From Candidatus Sumerlaeia bacterium (lineage in GTDB: Bacteria > Sumerlaeota > Sumerlaeia > SLMS01): a stretch of 18,968 nt of DNA. Both the position numbers and the translations under genes were made by a program. Under the pieces are notes generated by a model. It saw only the letters and a list, made by a program, of their open reading frames with translations. It made no database searches and was not told the DNA's origin. The DNA lies in contig JBBQYG010000064.1 of assembly GCA_038208905.1 (NCBI GenBank), positions 1 to 18,968 on the forward strand, written 5' to 3'. This document shows positions 15,043 through 18,968 of the stretch, one piece after another; within the stretch, counting starts at the first letter, position 1, and each line of letters begins with the position of its first letter.

Positions 15043-17121
15043 ATGGGGATTTTCGGATTCCGAAGCGCAATTGCCACTGTCATCTGGGGACTTGCAGTGG
15101 CACCCAATTACTTGCCCGCCCTGCCCGGCGGCACGGCCGAGCGAATGCTGTCTCTGGCCGAGCTTCCCTACGCGGCGGAGCACGTGGACTTGGACGCTGA
15201 CGGCGACAAGGATATCCTCGTCGGCGCGACGTACAGTTCCCGCATCCTGACGCTGGAGAACTTCGCGGAATCGGGGAGGGGATACGAGCAACGCGAGTTG
15301 TCCACCAGTAGCCAAAGGATCCTGAACGCCCGGGTACTGCTGACGGCGGATATGGATGGCGACGGCGACTTGGACTTGGTGGGCAGCGGCAAGCCGCTCC
15401 TAAACAACTTCCCCCCGGAGTTGACGTGGATCGAAATGGAGGATGGGAATGTCGTGGATCGCCCGGAGAAGCTGCTGATCGACCAAGTATTCTGCATCGG
15501 CCTCGTCGCATGGGACTACAACGGGGATGGCCTCAAGGATGTCGTCGGATTTCCAGCGGATGGTGGTGGAGAGCTGTATATCAACCCGGGGGCAGCCGGC
15601 GAGCCGTGGGACAAAATCTCCCTGACGAAGATCAGGGCGAGACTCTTCGCCAGCGGGAATCTGGATGACGACCCCGAACCAGAATTTGCCATACTCAATC
15701 AAAATGAGATCGACATCGTGGTGTTCGACATGTTGCCAGGCACCAGTCCCGAAGCCGTCGTCTATACAGGGAGGCGATCCAGAAACACGCTCTCATGCTT
15801 GCTCATGGCCGATCTCGATGGTGACAATCGCGACGAAATCATCAGCAACGATGTGGACGGTGTGGTAAGATTCGGGATCATCGGCACCGAGTTGTTCAAG
15901 GCTGGGGTCGGGTTTCCAGGGACGGTGGTAAGCGCCGGGGACTATAATGGGGATGGTCGAATTGACTTGCTGTTTGGCGAGCCAACTTCCAGCAGCGCCG
16001 CGTACAACATGAAGTTCGCGATCAATAGCCATCCGCTGGTCTTCACGATCCAGAGTACCGGAATTCCCAACCTGCTCGCAAATAGTGAACTCAACTATCC
16101 CGTCCTTTCCGCCGATATCCTAGGATCGGGCAGGGCTTCGGTCCTCTCTTCACGGATCGAAGGCATTGATGCCTATATCGACGGACTGATTGTCCAGAAC
16201 CTTCGATTCGAGTCGGACCTGCCGGGTGGGCTCCTTCAGTCGGGGCGACCGGCGAGGCTGCGTTTGACTGTGCGCAACAACTCGAGCAACGGACTTCCTG
16301 CCGCCGCCATCTCGGTGAGGCCTGATCCAGGACTTGCCTTCGTGACGGTCGAGGCGATCGTGCCATCGCTCGCCGCCAACGCGGAAGCGACCATCACCTT
16401 TCCGCTGTCGGTGGCAGAGACGCTTGCCTGCGGAAGCTTCGTGGAGGCCACGGTCAATCGACCCGGAACCACTGTTGCAGCCTATACCGCGCGGGGGGTT
16501 CTCGGAGGTCCCACCACCGTCTCGCGGACCGAGTCGGGGCCGGTGCCGCTCGACCTTCCCGACTTGGCGGATGTGGAATTCACGAGTGACCTGAGTCTAG
16601 CCAACAAGACTGTCGATACCGTATCCCTTCGAGTTCAAGTGGACCATGTGCTCGCCAGCGACCTGCTCGTCACGGTTACGGCGCCGAGTGGCGTCTCCGC
16701 CCAGCAACGCCTTTCAGCGACAACTGGCCCGTCCACCCAGAACCTTTTCTTTTTGGGGCTCAAGGGAGCGGATGCAAACGGCTTGTGGCGCGCTTCCATT
16801 CGCGACACCGAGGCGGTCGATTCGGGAACTCTCCTCGAGTGGATGCTAACCGTTACTGCATCGGGCAACGAATGCGATCCACTGGGAGTCACGCCGACTC
16901 CGTCACCGTCTCCCACAGCATCGCCGACGGCTAACCCTACCGGTACGCCAACCGCGACTCCGACGCACTCCCCCACTGCCGAGCCGACGCCCTCGCCGAC
17001 TCCCGTTTCGGAGAACTCCATTGTGGCGTTCCTGCTGGCGGGCGGCAATGCGACCAGCCTCGATCAGAACGGGGACGGGATCGTGGATGCGGCGGATGTC
17101 GTGGCCGCGCTCGTCAGGTAG
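15043..17121 (+). CDS. Secreted FG-GAP/VCBS-repeat protein with Ig-like domain, proprotein-convertase P domain, Pro/Thr linker and dockerin-like tail
   Basis: AGGAGG before ATG 15043 and a signal-peptide-like N-terminus. Repeats DLDADGDKDI, DMDGDGDLDL, DYNGDGLKDV, DLDGDNRDEI and DYNGDGRIDL. P-domain motifs H..ASDLLVTVTAPSG and ANGLWRASIRD...DSGTLLEWML. (TP/SP)n linker, then DQNGDGIVDAADVV. Confidence 0.88.
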   Translation: MGIFGFRSAIATVIWGLAVAPNYLPALPGGTAERMLSLAELPYAAEHVDLDADGDKDILVGATYSSRILTLENFAESGRGYEQRELSTSSQRILNARVLLTADMDGDGDLDLVGSGKPLLNNFPPELTWIEMEDGNVVDRPEKLLIDQVFCIGLVAWDYNGDGLKDVVGFPADGGGELYINPGAAGEPWDKISLTKIRARLFASGNLDDDPEPEFAILNQNEIDIVVFDMLPGTSPEAVVYTGRRSRNTLSCLLMADLDGDNRDEIISNDVDGVVRFGIIGTELFKAGVGFPGTVVSAGDYNGDGRIDLLFGEPTSSSAAYNMKFAINSHPLVFTIQSTGIPNLLANSELNYPVLSADILGSGRASVLSSRIEGIDAYIDGLIVQNLRFESDLPGGLLQSGRPARLRLTVRNNSSNGLPAAAISVRPDPGLAFVTVEAIVPSLAANAEATITFPLSVAETLACGSFVEATVNRPGTTVAAYTARGVLGGPTTVSRTESGPVPLDLPDLADVEFTSDLSLANKTVDTVSLRVQVDHVLASDLLVTVTAPSGVSAQQRLSATTGPSTQNLFFLGLKGADANGLWRASIRDTEAVDSGTLLEWMLTVTASGNECDPLGVTPTPSPSPTASPTANPTGTPTATPTHSPTAEPTPSPTPVSENSIVAFLLAGGNATSLDQNGDGIVDAADVVAALVR
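16891..17004 (+). repeat. Pro/Thr/Ser low-complexity coding repeat
   Basis: TPTPSPSPTASPTANPTGTPTATPTHSPTAEPTPSPTP. Confidence 0.85.
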
Positions 17122-17151
17122 TGGCCGGATGTGAAAATGATACCTTCGCCC

Positions 17152-17181
17152 TTGCCTTGGCGCGCCCTACCGCCTTAGTCT
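17152..17181 (+). promoter_or_regulatory. Putative tRNA-Leu promoter
   Basis: TTGCCT (17152-57), 18-nt spacer, TAGTCT (17176-81); 12 nt before the tRNA. Confidence 0.45.
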
Positions 17182-17193
17182 CTTTTCCCCCGT

Positions 17194-17280
17194 GCCGGGG
17201 TGGCGGAACTGGCAGACGCACTGGACTCAAAATCCAGCGATGGCGACATCGTACGAGTTCGACCCTCGTCCCCGGCACCA
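17194..17280 (+). tRNA. tRNA-Leu(CAA)
   Basis: Acceptor GCCGGGG/CCCCGGC, anticodon arm CTGGA-CTCAAAA-TCCAG, long variable arm GATG-GCGA-CATC, T-arm ACGAG-TTCGACC-CTCGT, CCA; 87 nt. Confidence 0.98.
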
Positions 17281-17390
17281 CTTTTCCCCTTCATCGCTTG
17301 GTCCCTGCGGCAATTTTTGACCTGACACGCGGCGCGCCCCGTCGTTTACTGGTGGCGCGTTAGCTATCATCTCGTGGCCGGGTATCCTTC

Positions 17391-18968
17391 ATGTCGAGTT
17401 CCCAAGGTAAGAAGCGCCGTGTCTTCGGCAGGCAGTCCAGCGATTCGGCGGAGGTGCCGCCTCCCGATATTCAGGACGAGCAGACGATCATGAACGCTTC
17501 GCCCCTTGAGGACGATGGCGAGGTGACTCACATTGAGTCGGCTGGCTTTGGCTTCCCGCCGCAATCGCCGGGCGGGGACCTGGACGACATCCCCACGATG
17601 CTGCACGCGAGGGAGGACGTTCCCGACGCGCCCGCGCCTCCCCCGCCCAGGCCCGAGGACATTCCGACGAGGGTGCCGAGCGGCTCTTCCGACGCCTTCT
17701 CCGCGCCGCGCCCGCGGACGCCGGTGACGCGCGTCTCCAACGAGCGCATTCCTGTCGATTCGCCCCCGCGCGTCTCGTCATCCACGCCGGAGGGCCTTCG
17801 CATTTCGCAAGGTGGCGGGCCTTCCTCCCAGGGGAGCATTCGCCTGACGCCGCAGGGTAAGCCGATCCCGAACCTGAAGGGTTACAAGCTGCTGGATCGG
17901 CTTGGCGCAGGAACATTCGGCAGCGTTTGGCGCGGCATTCACCTGCGGACGAACGCGGAGATGGCAGTCAAGCTTTTCGACCGGTCCGTGGGCGCGGATT
18001 GGGACTACCTAAAGCGCGAGATCGAGGCGCTGCTCACCGTCGGCAAGCATCCCAACATCGTGACTCTGCACGACGCGGACTTCTATCAGGACCCGCCTTT
18101 CTATACGATGGAGATGATGACGACGTCGATGGACGCGCTCATCCGCGAGCATCGCCGCAACGCGATCTCGGCGAAGGAGAAGGAGGAGTACGACGACTTT
18201 CAGTGGACCCCTTGGCCAAACCTGGATCAGGCGCTGAAGTGGATGGAGGAGATGGCGCGCGGCCTGATGTATGTACACGGCAAGGCGTTCCTGCACTGCG
18301 ACATGAAGCCGGCCAACGTGCTGGTGGACGACCAGGGGAGCGTTCGCATCGTGGACTTCGGCCAGGCGCTTCTGCGCGGGCGCGACGACGTGTCGTTGGG
18401 GACGCTTTTTTTCATGCCGCCGGAGCAGACGGAAATCGAGGAGGCGGGGAAGTTCCAACCCGACGTGCGGTGGGACATCTATGGCCTTGGCGCGACGATC
18501 TATACGCTGCTCGCGGGGCGCCCGCCGCGGTCCGGCAAGGCCCAGATGAAGTCGATCAGCACGGCGGGCTCCGTGAAGGAGAAGCTCAACGTCTATCGCG
18601 TGACGCTCGCCTCCACACCGCTGGTGTCGCTGACGCGCATCCATCCAAAGATTTCCGCGGAGATGGCGGCGATCATCGAGAAGTGCCTGGAGATCAACCC
18701 AGAGCGCCGCTATGGCAGCATGTCGGAGTTGCTGGAGGATATCTCCCGCATGAAGCAGAGCCAGCCGATGTTCTGCTTCGAGCCGTGGTCGCGGGGATAT
18801 CTGCTCAAGCGCTTCGTGCGTCGCAACGGCCTGTGGCTGGCGCCGTTTGCGGCACTCATCGCCGTCCTGCTGGTCAGTCAGTACTACATCATCCGGCAAT
18901 GGCAGTCTCAGAACGTGATGGTACTCACCCAGTTCAACGCGGACGGGAGTTCTTTCACGTCAGAGGCG
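17391..18968 (+). CDS. Hanks-type Ser/Thr protein kinase, membrane-anchored (3' end beyond window)
   Basis: Absent from the ORF track because it has no stop in the window. Hand translation from ATG 17391 gives an ~160-aa Pro/Ser/acidic region, then LGAGTFGSVW, MAVK, HPNIV, HCDMKPAN, DFG, GTLFFMPPEQ, DIYGLG, and a TM segment LWLAPFAALIAVLLVSQYYII. Confidence 0.93.
   Translation, partial: MSSSQGKKRRVFGRQSSDSAEVPPPDIQDEQTIMNASPLEDDGEVTHIESAGFGFPPQSPGGDLDDIPTMLHAREDVPDAPAPPPPRPEDIPTRVPSGSSDAFSAPRPRTPVTRVSNERIPVDSPPRVSSSTPEGLRISQGGGPSSQGSIRLTPQGKPIPNLKGYKLLDRLGAGTFGSVWRGIHLRTNAEMAVKLFDRSVGADWDYLKREIEALLTVGKHPNIVTLHDADFYQDPPFYTMEMMTTSMDALIREHRRNAISAKEKEEYDDFQWTPWPNLDQALKWMEEMARGLMYVHGKAFLHCDMKPANVLVDDQGSVRIVDFGQALLRGRDDVSLGTLFFMPPEQTEIEEAGKFQPDVRWDIYGLGATIYTLLAGRPPRSGKAQMKSISTAGSVKEKLNVYRVTLASTPLVSLTRIHPKISAEMAAIIEKCLEINPERRYGSMSELLEDISRMKQSQPMFCFEPWSRGYLLKRFVRRNGLWLAPFAALIAVLLVSQYYIIRQWQSQNVMVLTQFNADGSSFTSEA

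Noticed and set aside
3890-17280. Prophage or ICE integrated at one of the three tRNAs using the tyrosine recombinase
   Set aside because: I saw no duplicated tRNA 3' ends and no phage or conjugation genes, core genes lie in between, and the recombinase is Xer-sized without an arm-binding domain.
1-18968. CRISPR array, rRNA or IS transposase
   Set aside because: No regularly spaced repeats, rRNA-like sequence or transposase motifs were seen.

Overview
High-GC bacterial chromosomal window. The dockerin-like C-terminal tag of the FG-GAP protein and the HCD-type kinase suggest Ca. Sumerlaeota/BRC1 or a PVC-like lineage, which is inference only. Left to right: an Nfu/NifU-domain gene (cut by the window edge), a GH3 beta-glycosidase remnant, a LarA-family protein lacking the nickel-pincer and catalytic residues, a B12-binding radical SAM enzyme, an inverted REP pair and a dif-like 11-6-11 site directly upstream of an XerC-like recombinase, a convergent AAA/winged-helix ATPase with a palindrome over its promoter, a 2-TM protein plus an unannotated internally deleted 40-aa paralog, an IscS-type cysteine desulfurase and a Mg-chelatase-like AAA+ ATPase. 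Then infC-rpmI-rplT (probable ATC start, L20-leader-like RNA), a metallophosphoesterase, a candidate nucleoid-associated protein, RDD and LON-N proteins, tRNA-Thr/Ala/Leu, a secreted FG-GAP/P-domain protein and a non-RD Ser/Thr kinase running off the right end. The best leads are the catalytically stripped LarA homologue, the possible single-Xer/dif system, the candidate nucleoid protein, the infC leader and the mini-paralog.
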